NCBI GenBank assembly: GCA_016208765.1 | Contig: JACQXK010000021.1 | Coordinates: 8,053 to 72,052, forward strand | Origin: Candidatus Omnitrophota bacterium | GTDB lineage: Bacteria; Omnitrophota; Gorgyraeia; Gygaellales; Profunditerraquicolaceae | Length of the DNA: 64,000 nt | Direction: 5' to 3' | Shown here: piece by piece, positions 38,778 through 48,337 of the stretch | Numbering within the stretch: the stretch's first letter is position 1 | Layout: every line of letters begins with the position of its first letter | Made by a program: the position numbers and the translations under genes | Notes under the pieces: model-generated | The model's database searches: none | What the model was told of the DNA's origin: nothing | The model's input: the letters and a program-made list of their open reading frames with translations, nothing else

Positions 38778-39555
38778 ACCTATCTCTGCCTTCCTGTTTC
38801 AGTAATGAAAAGTATTCAATATGTCTCCCCCGATAACCATCGCCGTTACCGGTCATTGTTTCCAGTCCGGGATGCACGACTATTTCAACATCTTTATCGT
38901 AGAATTTTTCTAAAATTTTTTGTAGTAACCCGGTATAATTCCCCTTACCTGCCAATGGCATTAGAATAAGGTTCTTGCAATAATTAATGTGAGCATTGTC
39001 AAGTTTCAATTTCATGACTTTTCCCATCGCATAAAGCAAAATCATTTTCGGCACTTGGGCAAAAAAGCCGAAACGCATGAGAGAGTAAAAATAGAATATC
39101 AAATATTTACCTTCCATTGTAATACAGCGTATAGAGAAAACGTCCTTTTTTTTTGCAAAAGTCACAATTGCCTTCAATATTTTGGGCACTACATGAACGT
39201 GCTGATGAGTATCAAGATGTGAAACTTTAAAACCCTTGCTTGTCAGGATGTTATATTGCCGATCGATACTATCTAATATACTACCGCTATTCATCCTCCC
39301 GGTGTAGATGAGATAAAGGAGTTTCAGTAAAGATGCCTTCTTGCTGCTTTGATTCATCCCGCCACATCCAGTCTCATGAACAAGATTTATGTGTAAGCCA
39401 GTTTCAACACGATTACTGATATCACTTGAATATCTAATTGATTCATTTGCCATCACGCTTACCTTAGACAAAATGTTTTTTTTAGATAGTTCGGATATGG
39501 CCTGATTAACTTCCGGACACATTCCATAATCATCTGCCACGATTTTACATCCCAT
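38764..39555 (-). CDS. YdjC/ChbG/HpnK-like carbohydrate deacetylase.
   Basis: The N-terminus is ADDYGMCPEVNQAI, followed by GLHINLVHETG and HLDTHQHVHV, which together are the YdjC family signature. Confidence 0.6.
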   Translation of the reverse strand: MGCKIVADDYGMCPEVNQAISELSKKNILSKVSVMANESIRYSSDISNRVETGLHINLVHETGCGGMNQSSKKASLLKLLYLIYTGRMNSGSILDSIDRQYNILTSKGFKVSHLDTHQHVHVVPKILKAIVTFAKKKDVFSIRCITMEGKYLIFYFYSLMRFGFFAQVPKMILLYAMGKVMKLKLDNAHINYCKNLILMPLAGKGNYTGLLQKILEKFYDKDVEIVVHPGLETMTGNGDGYRGRHIEYFSLLKQEGRDRYEKK

Positions 39556-39560
39556 AATAT

Positions 39561-40637
39561 TTATGGTACAAGACCAGCCTTTGTTAACTCAGAAAACAGT
39601 GTATCAGCAACTACTTGGTAACCCGCACTGTTACAATGCCCGTCTATTTTCCAGTAAAGTTTGGCTTTCTTGGAAGCCGCCTGCATCGCAGGTGTAATAT
39701 CAATAAATGGCGCCTCTTTGCTGCGGGCCCAAGCCGATAATCTTTGAGGAGGATAAGTGGAAGGCGGCGTCGCCCATGACGCATCCTGTGGAATATTAAA
39801 AAAAACTATCTTAGAGTTATTCCGGTGAGACAACTCTATCATCTTGTCGTACTCTTGTTCGATCTTTCCCCACTCCTTCTCTAAGAAACCGTTGTCTCTG
39901 TATTTTTCAGTATCGGCAACTTTTTTCAAGAAATCTTCTTTATCCCTATACCGTTGAACAACAATACGAAACAAGTGAGAATGAGAATAAAGCCAACTGC
40001 TAACCTCATTTATTTGCCCCAATTTATTCCCGGATAATAAATATCCGTCTTTTGCTACTCCTACTCCGTCAATTCCATAAAATGTATCAATTACATCATT
40101 ACGCACGAATCCGACTATAATCAGATCGGGTTTAAAGTTGAGTCCATAATGTTCAAGTAAAAGGCGCTCAGTTTCCGGATAAAAGCGGGGAATGCCCGCT
40201 TTTATAATCTCCACTTTGGGATGTTGACCACTTCTTTTATTCAACATTTGTTCTAATTTTAATAGATACGTATCTTCAAAAAAGACCCCTGCGCCGTATG
40301 TAAAACTGTCCCCCAAGCCTAAGATGCGAAAGACACCATCAGGCTTATTCACAGAATGTTCTATATCTCTGAAACCAAGGCTGTTATGCTGAAAATCAAT
40401 AGCAAATTCTCTGGAGGCGGACAGTCCTGTGAACCTGCTGAGAGGACGCGTTTTAAAACGCATGTACGGGTCCTCTACAAACCTGACCACCGGCAGAAGA
40501 GGAGCAAGATGAAGTAAACGCACAAAGCATTCAAGGGCTGCAAAGATAAAGATAACTGAAAACAGCATATAAAGAAAGAAAAACCTTATCTTACCGTGTG
40601 AGCTCTTCAACATTAAGGCTCCACTGTACAATTGCAT
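39561..40637 (-). CDS. SGNH/GDSL hydrolase-fold protein with an N-terminal TM anchor.
   Basis: Block I is ILGLGDSFTYGAGV. Block V is DGHCNSAGYQVVAD. Confidence 0.7.
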   Translation of the reverse strand: MQLYSGALMLKSSHGKIRFFFLYMLFSVIFIFAALECFVRLLHLAPLLPVVRFVEDPYMRFKTRPLSRFTGLSASREFAIDFQHNSLGFRDIEHSVNKPDGVFRILGLGDSFTYGAGVFFEDTYLLKLEQMLNKRSGQHPKVEIIKAGIPRFYPETERLLLEHYGLNFKPDLIIVGFVRNDVIDTFYGIDGVGVAKDGYLLSGNKLGQINEVSSWLYSHSHLFRIVVQRYRDKEDFLKKVADTEKYRDNGFLEKEWGKIEQEYDKMIELSHRNNSKIVFFNIPQDASWATPPSTYPPQRLSAWARSKEAPFIDITPAMQAASKKAKLYWKIDGHCNSAGYQVVADTLFSELTKAGLVP

Positions 40638-41404
40638 GTTGTTTTCATACGGTAATGCCCAGTAACTCTTTTAAAAAAAATGCGTAATAAATCAAAAGTC
40701 ATAACAAAGGTTTGTCTGATAAAATTTATAGTGCTCATCTCATGTTCATAATTAAACTCTACAGGGATGCTTGTTATTTTTTTGTTATTTACTTTTGCAC
40801 AAACTAAAACATCAACATCGAATCCAAAACCTTTAATAGTCATCTTGTCAAAAATCAGTTTAGCTGTCTCAGCGTCAAATCCTTTTAACCCGGCCTGGGT
40901 ATCCTCAATATATAAATTGGTAAATACATTTATTAGGTAGTTATAAATCCGTCCGGATGTATGTCTTATATAAATCCAAGAAAGGTTTGATGATCTTATT
41001 GTGTAAATGCTTTCCTTATGCATTCGGCTTGCTATTACAACATTGAAATTATTATTAAGCAGGTTATTAACTACATCCCTAATATTTTTAAATGAATATT
41101 GCAAATCACAATCAGTAAATACAATATACTGCCCTTCAGCAGCCTGGATACCTGTTTTGATTGCTGAACCCTTTCCGCTATTTTTGGTGTGGTTGATATA
41201 TTTTATAGAACGATTTTTATTTTCCTGTAAATAATTTTTTATTATTTTATCTGTGCTGTCAGTGCTACCGTCATTTACTATTATAATTTCACTGCTCAGA
41301 CCTGAATCAGAACAATATTCCGAAAAGCGGTTCATCGTATTACGAATAAATGACGCAGCCTGATATGTAGGCAAGATGTAAGAGATCAGAGGTTTGTTAT
41401 TCAC
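40613..41404 (-). CDS. GT2 family glycosyltransferase.
   Basis: ISYILPTYQAASF, VNDGSTDSTD and TDCDLQ (DxD) are present. 263 aa. Confidence 0.8.
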   Translation of the reverse strand: MNNKPLISYILPTYQAASFIRNTMNRFSEYCSDSGLSSEIIIVNDGSTDSTDKIIKNYLQENKNRSIKYINHTKNSGKGSAIKTGIQAAEGQYIVFTDCDLQYSFKNIRDVVNNLLNNNFNVVIASRMHKESIYTIRSSNLSWIYIRHTSGRIYNYLINVFTNLYIEDTQAGLKGFDAETAKLIFDKMTIKGFGFDVDVLVCAKVNNKKITSIPVEFNYEHEMSTINFIRQTFVMTFDLLRIFFKRVTGHYRMKTTCNCTVEP

Positions 41405-41462
41405 TCAATAACGCTCTTTAAGCAATTAAAATAAACCTTGTTGTTTCCACGGACCACATATT

Positions 41463-42578
41463 CTAACGAACTTCCAAAAACCTTTTTCTGATTTCCGGGT
41501 AAGTGAGCAATTTCTTGTAGATGGTGTCTGCTAAATAGCTGTTGCCATACTCCGAATAGTGATCTCGAAACATAACGTGCACAGGCCGTTTGACAACTTC
41601 GTCAGTTAAATCAATAAATATTATACCCCTTTTTGCCAATTCAACAGATAGAAATTTTCGCCACGGTACTTCATATGTATAATCATAGGCGGTGGGTATG
41701 TATAAGGCTACCTGGATACTCCCTTTTTCTTCTTGAGCTCTGTGCAAAGATTCGAATATTTTTAATGCGATTCGACAAATCTCTTCATCAAATCCTTTAT
41801 ATGTAATTAGTTGCAAACCTCCTTTGTTTTTTATTCTTTTCAGCAAGTCAAATACTTGCAGCTTTCTCCAGTTTCTAACAAAACGTGTTAATAGCGACAT
41901 ATTATTGCTCTGTGATTTAGGCACAGGAACATTATCAAGAACAAGGTTATTATCTACTAATCTGAAAACAGGCTTCTGATAGCTCCAGAATTTTCCTGAC
42001 ATTGCACGCCTGAAATCGTCATCTATGAACGCAAATATGTGGATGTCATGGTCCAATTTTCTGCCATCTCGCATGTACCGAAGGTAAGCCTGGTCAACAC
42101 CATAGCCCCCCTGCCCCATATTGACAGTCTCCAGCTTATTATCAATTGAAGAAAGTATCTGACACCACGTGTTGTCATTACTTACTCCATCACCCTGAGT
42201 ATGAGAATCTCCTGAACAAATAATGCGTATTTTACCCGGAGGTATATTTACAGTAAAATCTTTTGTGTTACGAAATCCCTGTGAATTAGTTTTGAAATCA
42301 CAACCGGGGCCAAACAAATCTTTAATGTTTAAATTTGGTTTACTGACCCATCCCAACATATCATCATATTGCACGTATGGCTGCTGAAAAACCTGTTGCG
42401 GGGTAAAAATATCAATAAAGAACAATGTAATGCTGGCTAAACCTTCTATAACTATGAAAATAAAAACAGTCAAAAAGAAATACGCGATAGCTGATTTAGC
42501 GATCTTTCCAACACCAAGATTCCTAAACAACCTGCTTGAAAACATACTACCTGTCACCTCCGAAAATATACTCCACAT
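41463..42578 (-). CDS. SGNH/GDSL hydrolase-fold protein with an N-terminal TM anchor.
   Basis: Block I is IICSGDSHTQGDGV. The C-terminal DHYSEYGNSYLAD is block V-like. Confidence 0.65.
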   Translation of the reverse strand: MWSIFSEVTGSMFSSRLFRNLGVGKIAKSAIAYFFLTVFIFIVIEGLASITLFFIDIFTPQQVFQQPYVQYDDMLGWVSKPNLNIKDLFGPGCDFKTNSQGFRNTKDFTVNIPPGKIRIICSGDSHTQGDGVSNDNTWCQILSSIDNKLETVNMGQGGYGVDQAYLRYMRDGRKLDHDIHIFAFIDDDFRRAMSGKFWSYQKPVFRLVDNNLVLDNVPVPKSQSNNMSLLTRFVRNWRKLQVFDLLKRIKNKGGLQLITYKGFDEEICRIALKIFESLHRAQEEKGSIQVALYIPTAYDYTYEVPWRKFLSVELAKRGIIFIDLTDEVVKRPVHVMFRDHYSEYGNSYLADTIYKKLLTYPEIRKRFLEVR

Positions 42579-43200
42579 TTTCTCCAGGGAATGCCATACT
42601 CATTGTATTGATAAAATCTTCGGCGATCGCCATGGCATCCTTGACCTTCGCTTCTGTGGTTGGTACATCAATTCTGACCATAAGCCCTACCCTTTTTTTG
42701 TTAAATAAAGAAAAATACAGCTGTTTGAATTTTTGTTCTATCCACTCATGCGCAACATTTTTATCAATAACTATCCAGTAAAAGCTCAAAAAACTTTCTC
42801 CCTCTTTTTCGGTGAAGAGAGCGTGGGCCTTTATAGTCCTACCCATAACATTAAACTCTTTGTCCTCAAGCTCTTTAATAGTATAACCTGCACTTGTAAA
42901 GCATACCTTGGGGTGATGGAAGTTCCCGGCATCCAAAATAATAAACAAAAGTTTATTCCCATGCTTATTAATATATTGATAAGCCAGGACATCGCTGATA
43001 AAATCGAAATTGCCTTCACCAGGCTGAATGTTTAATTCCCTGCTTATATCTGCTCCTGCCCAATCAGCCAGCGAAATGGGGATCCTTAACTTTGGAATAA
43101 ATCCGGCGCCTTCGTATGTTATCTTTGGAAAAGCAAAGCTTAGCGTTACAGTCAATATAAGCAGTATAACAACAATCCATTCCCTCAATTTATAATTCAT
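42547..43200 (-). CDS. EpsI-like exosortase-associated protein (N-terminal TM plus periplasmic domain).
   Basis: 217 aa with a single N-terminal TM helix. It lies immediately downstream of, and 4-nt overlapping, the exosortase gene. This arrangement is typical of the separate-EpsI form of XrtA-type systems. Confidence 0.55.
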   Translation of the reverse strand: MNYKLREWIVVILLILTVTLSFAFPKITYEGAGFIPKLRIPISLADWAGADISRELNIQPGEGNFDFISDVLAYQYINKHGNKLLFIILDAGNFHHPKVCFTSAGYTIKELEDKEFNVMGRTIKAHALFTEKEGESFLSFYWIVIDKNVAHEWIEQKFKQLYFSLFNKKRVGLMVRIDVPTTEAKVKDAMAIAEDFINTMSMAFPGENVEYIFGGDR

Positions 43201-44063
43201 ACACCCTTGCTTTTCCCCTCCAGTAAAGACTCTAATCCTATTATCCCCAATATGGTAATTACAAACACCATAATTCCGCTAAAATTATGAAAAAAACCCT
43301 GACCGGTTTCTTCGCCAAAATAAAAAGTGACCAGGCAGAGAGTTATTACCCGGATAAGATTTCCAAGCAGTGCAAAAGGGATTATAAATAAAGTAAGTAT
43401 TATTTTTTTATTTAAACTGCTTTTATTAATATATACATAGACAAGAACCAATGAAAACATAGTAATTAACGAACGAAAACCGCTGCATGGCTGTCCCATA
43501 AAAATATCATTATACCCTATAGTCAGAAGAAGCCCTTCTCTGGTAATCGGATAGTCTAAGAACCTCAGAATTTTTTCAGCTAAGAATGAAATGCCGTGAC
43601 GCATTGGCAATGTTATACTGTCTAAGATGCCCATAGGCGGTGGCACAAGAAGTAAAAGATAAAGAATAGGAAAAGATAATACCTTGACCACGTTCCATCC
43701 GTAAATATAGCTTATCAAGCCAACCAGCATAGGCACAAGAGAAAGAGTAGCAATAAATAAATAATCCTGACGCCATCCAAAGATAAACATCGATATGCCT
43801 GCAAAAAGTGTTAAAAAAGCACTAAGGCTTTTTTCCGATGTTTTTTTACCGGCAAGTTCTCTTATCTTGATACGATTGCGCCATGCCAGCCACAGAGATA
43901 TTGGAAATATGAAATACGCATGTGTGTAATCAACTGTTTCCCAACGGTTATGATAAAGTTGCCAGAGTATCGGAGAATACAGTACCGCTACCAAAATCCA
44001 TATAAAAGGATGCAGTATTTTCAGGCCAGAATGAAATGGATTGAACGTAGTTAGCTTATTCAT
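43197..44063 (-). CDS. Exosortase (Xrt family; EpsH-like transpeptidase).
   Basis: 288 aa with 8 TM helices. The active-site-type motif GQPCSGFRSL is present; its Cys codon is at 43485..43487. A conserved Arg lies in the N-terminal region (DYTHAYFIFPISLWLAWRNR). Confidence 0.75.
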   Translation of the reverse strand: MNKLTTFNPFHSGLKILHPFIWILVAVLYSPILWQLYHNRWETVDYTHAYFIFPISLWLAWRNRIKIRELAGKKTSEKSLSAFLTLFAGISMFIFGWRQDYLFIATLSLVPMLVGLISYIYGWNVVKVLSFPILYLLLLVPPPMGILDSITLPMRHGISFLAEKILRFLDYPITREGLLLTIGYNDIFMGQPCSGFRSLITMFSLVLVYVYINKSSLNKKIILTLFIIPFALLGNLIRVITLCLVTFYFGEETGQGFFHNFSGIMVFVITILGIIGLESLLEGKSKGV

Positions 44064-44962
44064 AGTTTCTTTCTAATGATGAAAAGAGCGGTCCTTGTCA
44101 GCAAGTCTTCCCGCGTATATCCTTTATTTGTTAATTCATCCTCAATCTCTCTGGTTAAAAATCTCTCCCCCTCGGTAACAGTCTGCTCCTCAATAACATT
44201 TGTATGCGTCCTGAATATTTCCCGGTATTGATTTATTGTCATTTTATTCAGGTGTATGTTTACAGGATAGTTATTCTCTCGCAAATGGTCCCAAGGCGGC
44301 ACCTTTGCTGAAGGAGACTGTTCAGGATGAAGCCATTCAAGGCAGATTCCGCCTGAGAGGCTCGGGAACAAATGTATATTAATTGTCGCGATTCCTGCAG
44401 GTTTTAATACTCGATTCACTTCCCTGACGGCTTCCTCCACATTATCTATATGCTGAAAAACGACATTTGAATAGATAAAATCAAAACTATCTGATTGAAA
44501 TGCCGTACGGGTAGCGTCCATTATCCTGGTATCAAGTTTGTCAAATGTAACTTTCTGTCCGTATTCCCTTGATAAATCCCTGAAGTATTTTTTATCAAAC
44601 AGGAAATGTCTTATCAAAGATTTTACTGCTCGTTCAAAACCATTTGTCCTGATAATCTTTAAGAATATAGGAACTGTTATTCTATAAGTAGGCACATCAA
44701 TGTCTATCCCAATAATATTAGCGCCCTCTTTATGAAAAAGAGCAACTTGTTTCGGAATCTGCCCGCATCCAATCTCAAGGATGTCCGCTGTGTTAACAGG
44801 TATGCCTACATACTTAGTTAAGTAACCCATTAATCGCTTGTGGTGAAGAATGGTGCGGGTGGCATCTGCGAATCCTTTGTTTTTATATGCGTCATACAAA
44901 TATAAAGCCGATTTAAGCTTACTGCTTATCGAAACACCTTTTTCACTCATGACTGTTTTCAT
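44060..44962 (-). CDS. Class I SAM-dependent methyltransferase.
   Basis: ILEIGCGQIP and IDIDVP motifs. 300 aa. Confidence 0.75.
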   Translation of the reverse strand: MKTVMSEKGVSISSKLKSALYLYDAYKNKGFADATRTILHHKRLMGYLTKYVGIPVNTADILEIGCGQIPKQVALFHKEGANIIGIDIDVPTYRITVPIFLKIIRTNGFERAVKSLIRHFLFDKKYFRDLSREYGQKVTFDKLDTRIMDATRTAFQSDSFDFIYSNVVFQHIDNVEEAVREVNRVLKPAGIATINIHLFPSLSGGICLEWLHPEQSPSAKVPPWDHLRENNYPVNIHLNKMTINQYREIFRTHTNVIEEQTVTEGERFLTREIEDELTNKGYTREDLLTRTALFIIRKKL

Positions 44963-45009
44963 TATTGTTGATCCTTAAACCCGTTGTTATATTAGTATCA
45001 AATATGTCA

Positions 45010-45399
45010 TTAGAACATCACGTATATATAAGGCGGGATATCCTCTGCTCCCTGCTTCGTGCTGTGCAGTTTCCACCCCAAGCGGGCAAGTCCCTCAGCA
45101 TAAGATGCGATATCACTATCTCCCCTCTCCTGCCAAAACATTATTAATACAGATTGTAACTGCTCCGGCGTTTCATAATGCGGCAGCTCAAAATCTTGCC
45201 GCGTCAAACTGCTCTGCTTACACTGATTAAAATAAGATACTTCATCCGGTTCCGGTTTAAGAGGAAACCACTTGTTCCCCATATTGTTTATGCCGCAAAC
45301 AATTTTCTCACGAAAGAACCGGCCTGCTGCTTCTTCGTTTTCATCATCCGGACGATTTTTATCAGTCAAGTTCATATTGCTTCCTCCAATCATGATCAT
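45010..45399 (-). CDS. Hypothetical protein (129 aa).
   Basis: The ORF is open and co-directional between the methyltransferase and the carbamoyltransferase. I recognise no motif. The start is ambiguous (M1, M3 or M9). Confidence 0.4.
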   Translation of the reverse strand: MIMIGGSNMNLTDKNRPDDENEEAAGRFFREKIVCGINNMGNKWFPLKPEPDEVSYFNQCKQSSLTRQDFELPHYETPEQLQSVLIMFWQERGDSDIASYAEGLARLGWKLHSTKQGAEDIPPYIYVMF

Positions 45400-47206
45400 C
45401 TTTAAATCTGGGCTGATCCTCTTTCACAAGTATATAGCTTTCAAGCATTAACAAATCCATATCTGTCCTCATAAAACATCTATACGCATCCTGCGGAGAG
45501 CACACGATCGGCTCGCCGCGAACATTAAAAGACGTATTAACAACCAGGCCAATACCGGTCAGTTCTTTGAAAAAGCTGATCACGCGATAGAAGAAGGGAT
45601 TGTCATCCGTGCTTACGGTCTGTATGCGCGCACTGTAATCAACATGTGTGACAGCGGGAATATCGGAGCGCGGCATATTTACTACCTGAATCATATCTTC
45701 GCCAGCCTGCAAGATCTCATTTTCGTCCATCTGAATCTGATGTTCCTTCTTTACCGGAGCCACAAGAAGCATATACGGGCTCTCTGTATTTAGTTCAAAA
45801 TATTTGGATGTTTCTTCGACAATGCAGGACGGGGCGAAAGGCCGGAAGGATTCACGATATTTGATCTTGAGATTCATTACCGATTGGGTTTCCTTGCGTC
45901 GCGGATCACCAAGAATGGACCGTGCCCCCAAGGCCCTGGGTCCGTATTCCATGCGGCCGGAAAAGAAACCGACTATCTTCCCCTGAGCAAGAGCATCTGC
46001 AATAGCAGACGCTCTCTCATTAAAATCCTGAAGCTGTCTGAATGGATATCCGTGACGTTCAAGAAAAGCGCCAATCTCTGCGTCACTGTAAGCCGGACCC
46101 AGATAGCTGCCTTTTTGGCGGTCACGGTTATTTGTGCCCTTCGCCCTATGGTCATTAAAATAAACATGTGATCCCATAAGGGCCGCTCCAAGAGCTCCGC
46201 CAGCATCACCTGCGGCGGGCTGTATCCACATGTGTTCGAAAATATCTTCCGAGAGGATCTTTCCGTTGGCTACGCAATTCAGGGCGACACCTCCAGCCAG
46301 ACAGAGATTTTTCATTCCGATTTCCTTGCGGGCATAGCGGGCAATCCTGAGCATCACATCCTCGGTAACACGCTGTATTGACGCGGCAAGATTCATTTCA
46401 CGTTTTGTAATCCTGGATTCCGGCGTTCTTGGAGGTCCAAGCAAGGTATGCATCTTGTCGTTAGTCATAGCAAGACTGTCAAGGTATCCAAAATACTCAG
46501 TGTTTAGTCGGTAAGACCCGTCTTGTTTAATATCTATGAGATGCTCTCTGATAAGAGATTCAAAAACTGGCTCCCCGTATGGGGCAAGTCCCATTAATTT
46601 ATATTCCCCGGAGTTTACTTTAAATCCACAGAGATAAGTAAAAGCGCTATAAAGAAGGCCAAGGGAATGAGGATAATTGATCTCCTGCAGAAGTCCAATA
46701 TTGTTGTCGCGGCCGAAACCGATTGTAGTTGTTTGCCATTCTCCAACACCATCAACAGTAATTATGGCCGCTTCATCAAACGGCGACGGGAAAAAAGCCG
46801 ACGCCGCATGGGACATATGATGTTTTGAATACAACAGGCGGCCTCTCTTGCCTAACGACCCAATACACTTCCGCACCTCATCCTCGACCCAGAGCTTCGT
46901 GCCAAGGGTCGACCGCGCGGCCTTTTTAAACTGAACCTCACCATGTGGGCCTGCAGCTATGCAGTTTTTGATCACTCTGTCCAGTGTAAGGAGCGGATGA
47001 TCATAAAAAATGACAGCATCTATATCCTGAGGCTCAATAAGAGCTTCTTCCAGACAATAGTTGATTGCCGACTTCGGAAACCTCGGATCATGTTTCTTCC
47101 GCGAAAACCTCTCTTCCTGTGCGGCGGCAATAATCTCCCCCCCACGCACCAGAGCAGCGGCTGAATCGTGATAATAAGCGGATATTCCAAGAACTGTATG
47201 ACTCAC
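45362..47206 (-). CDS. NodU/CmcH/TobZ-family carbamoyltransferase.
   Basis: The N-terminus is VLGISAYYHDSAAALVRGGEIIAAAQEERFSRKKHDPRFP. The 614-aa two-domain architecture fits. Confidence 0.85.
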   Translation of the reverse strand: MSHTVLGISAYYHDSAAALVRGGEIIAAAQEERFSRKKHDPRFPKSAINYCLEEALIEPQDIDAVIFYDHPLLTLDRVIKNCIAAGPHGEVQFKKAARSTLGTKLWVEDEVRKCIGSLGKRGRLLYSKHHMSHAASAFFPSPFDEAAIITVDGVGEWQTTTIGFGRDNNIGLLQEINYPHSLGLLYSAFTYLCGFKVNSGEYKLMGLAPYGEPVFESLIREHLIDIKQDGSYRLNTEYFGYLDSLAMTNDKMHTLLGPPRTPESRITKREMNLAASIQRVTEDVMLRIARYARKEIGMKNLCLAGGVALNCVANGKILSEDIFEHMWIQPAAGDAGGALGAALMGSHVYFNDHRAKGTNNRDRQKGSYLGPAYSDAEIGAFLERHGYPFRQLQDFNERASAIADALAQGKIVGFFSGRMEYGPRALGARSILGDPRRKETQSVMNLKIKYRESFRPFAPSCIVEETSKYFELNTESPYMLLVAPVKKEHQIQMDENEILQAGEDMIQVVNMPRSDIPAVTHVDYSARIQTVSTDDNPFFYRVISFFKELTGIGLVVNTSFNVRGEPIVCSPQDAYRCFMRTDMDLLMLESYILVKEDQPRFKDDHDWRKQYELD

Positions 47207-48216
47207 GTCTTCAGCCCCCCAGTTTTTCCGTCTATCATAAGTTTTTCAATAGCCGGCCTCAATGAATCAGCAAGCGCCTCATGTCCCTGGGGTGTTGGAT
47301 GCACGTCGTTCTTAAATCGGAAGCCGCGCCTTTTTTCTGGTGAATAAGCCGTTAAATCAGGCAACGGATCGTGAAGAATGCATCCTGCTTCTTCTGCCAG
47401 TTCGCGGAAACGGGCCTGATAATGTCTGGGATCGCTCATACATTCAACGTAGTGATAAATCGGAATGGGCATCAGGACCACAGGTTTTGCACAACTTCGG
47501 ATCCATTCCAGCAGAATGGCCCTCATCACGCGCCATGACGAATTTTGCGGATCTTTGTATTCCGGCATCGGCTGATAACGACTCAGTCGCCGCGCCATAT
47601 TAAGAAATCCAAGCTGGTCGGCAACATTACGCAAGGTCAGAAACCTTCCGCCCCAATCTACCAGTCGTTCATCTTCCTTGGAAAGTTCAGATTCAGGAAT
47701 CGGCTCCCGCGGAACTGGGGTATTACGTAAAACCAGTTGTCCGTTATCAAATTCAAAGTACGGTTTCGCATACAACACGTCCCGCCCCTGATCGTCCTGA
47801 TAAAGACGATATCTGGAGCCAACCCTGCGAACATTTTCAACCCACACGGCGATAACCGCAGCGTTGTATTCAATATGCGCTGCGTATTCTTTAAAAATCA
47901 GATAATGCTGATCAGTCCCCGTCCCTGGGAGGGCGAAATTGAGAAACTCTAATTGTGGAATACGTTGTTCCAGTAGATCGCTGTAACGGAATTGATTGGA
48001 AACGCCGTCTCCGGCAGTGAAAGAGTCGCCGAACAAAATAACGCGGAATACGGACTCCCTCTTTTTTTCCGTAACATCATGCGTACAACGAAAGCCTTTG
48101 TTATTTGTTTGAATCAAATATCCTCCACCCTCATGCGGAACTCGAGCCTTGATTACCGGGATAAAGCGGTAACCAATAACCGGGTGATATTCAAATATCT
48201 GGCGCATTCCCAGCAT
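47203..48216 (-). CDS. SGNH/GDSL hydrolase-fold protein (no obvious TM anchor).
   Basis: Block I is ILFGDSFTAGDGV. Block V is DVHPTPQGHEALAD. Confidence 0.7.
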   Translation of the reverse strand: MLGMRQIFEYHPVIGYRFIPVIKARVPHEGGGYLIQTNNKGFRCTHDVTEKKRESVFRVILFGDSFTAGDGVSNQFRYSDLLEQRIPQLEFLNFALPGTGTDQHYLIFKEYAAHIEYNAAVIAVWVENVRRVGSRYRLYQDDQGRDVLYAKPYFEFDNGQLVLRNTPVPREPIPESELSKEDERLVDWGGRFLTLRNVADQLGFLNMARRLSRYQPMPEYKDPQNSSWRVMRAILLEWIRSCAKPVVLMPIPIYHYVECMSDPRHYQARFRELAEEAGCILHDPLPDLTAYSPEKRRGFRFKNDVHPTPQGHEALADSLRPAIEKLMIDGKTGGLKT

Positions 48217-48337
48217 ATTTAGCCCTTGGGCATCCTGCCGACATCTTGTGTGCCATCAATTGACACCGTAACCGAATGAAAAGACCAGCCACCGGGGTTC
48301 CTTCTTCCAGCCTTGATCCAAACAGATTTGAAATAAT

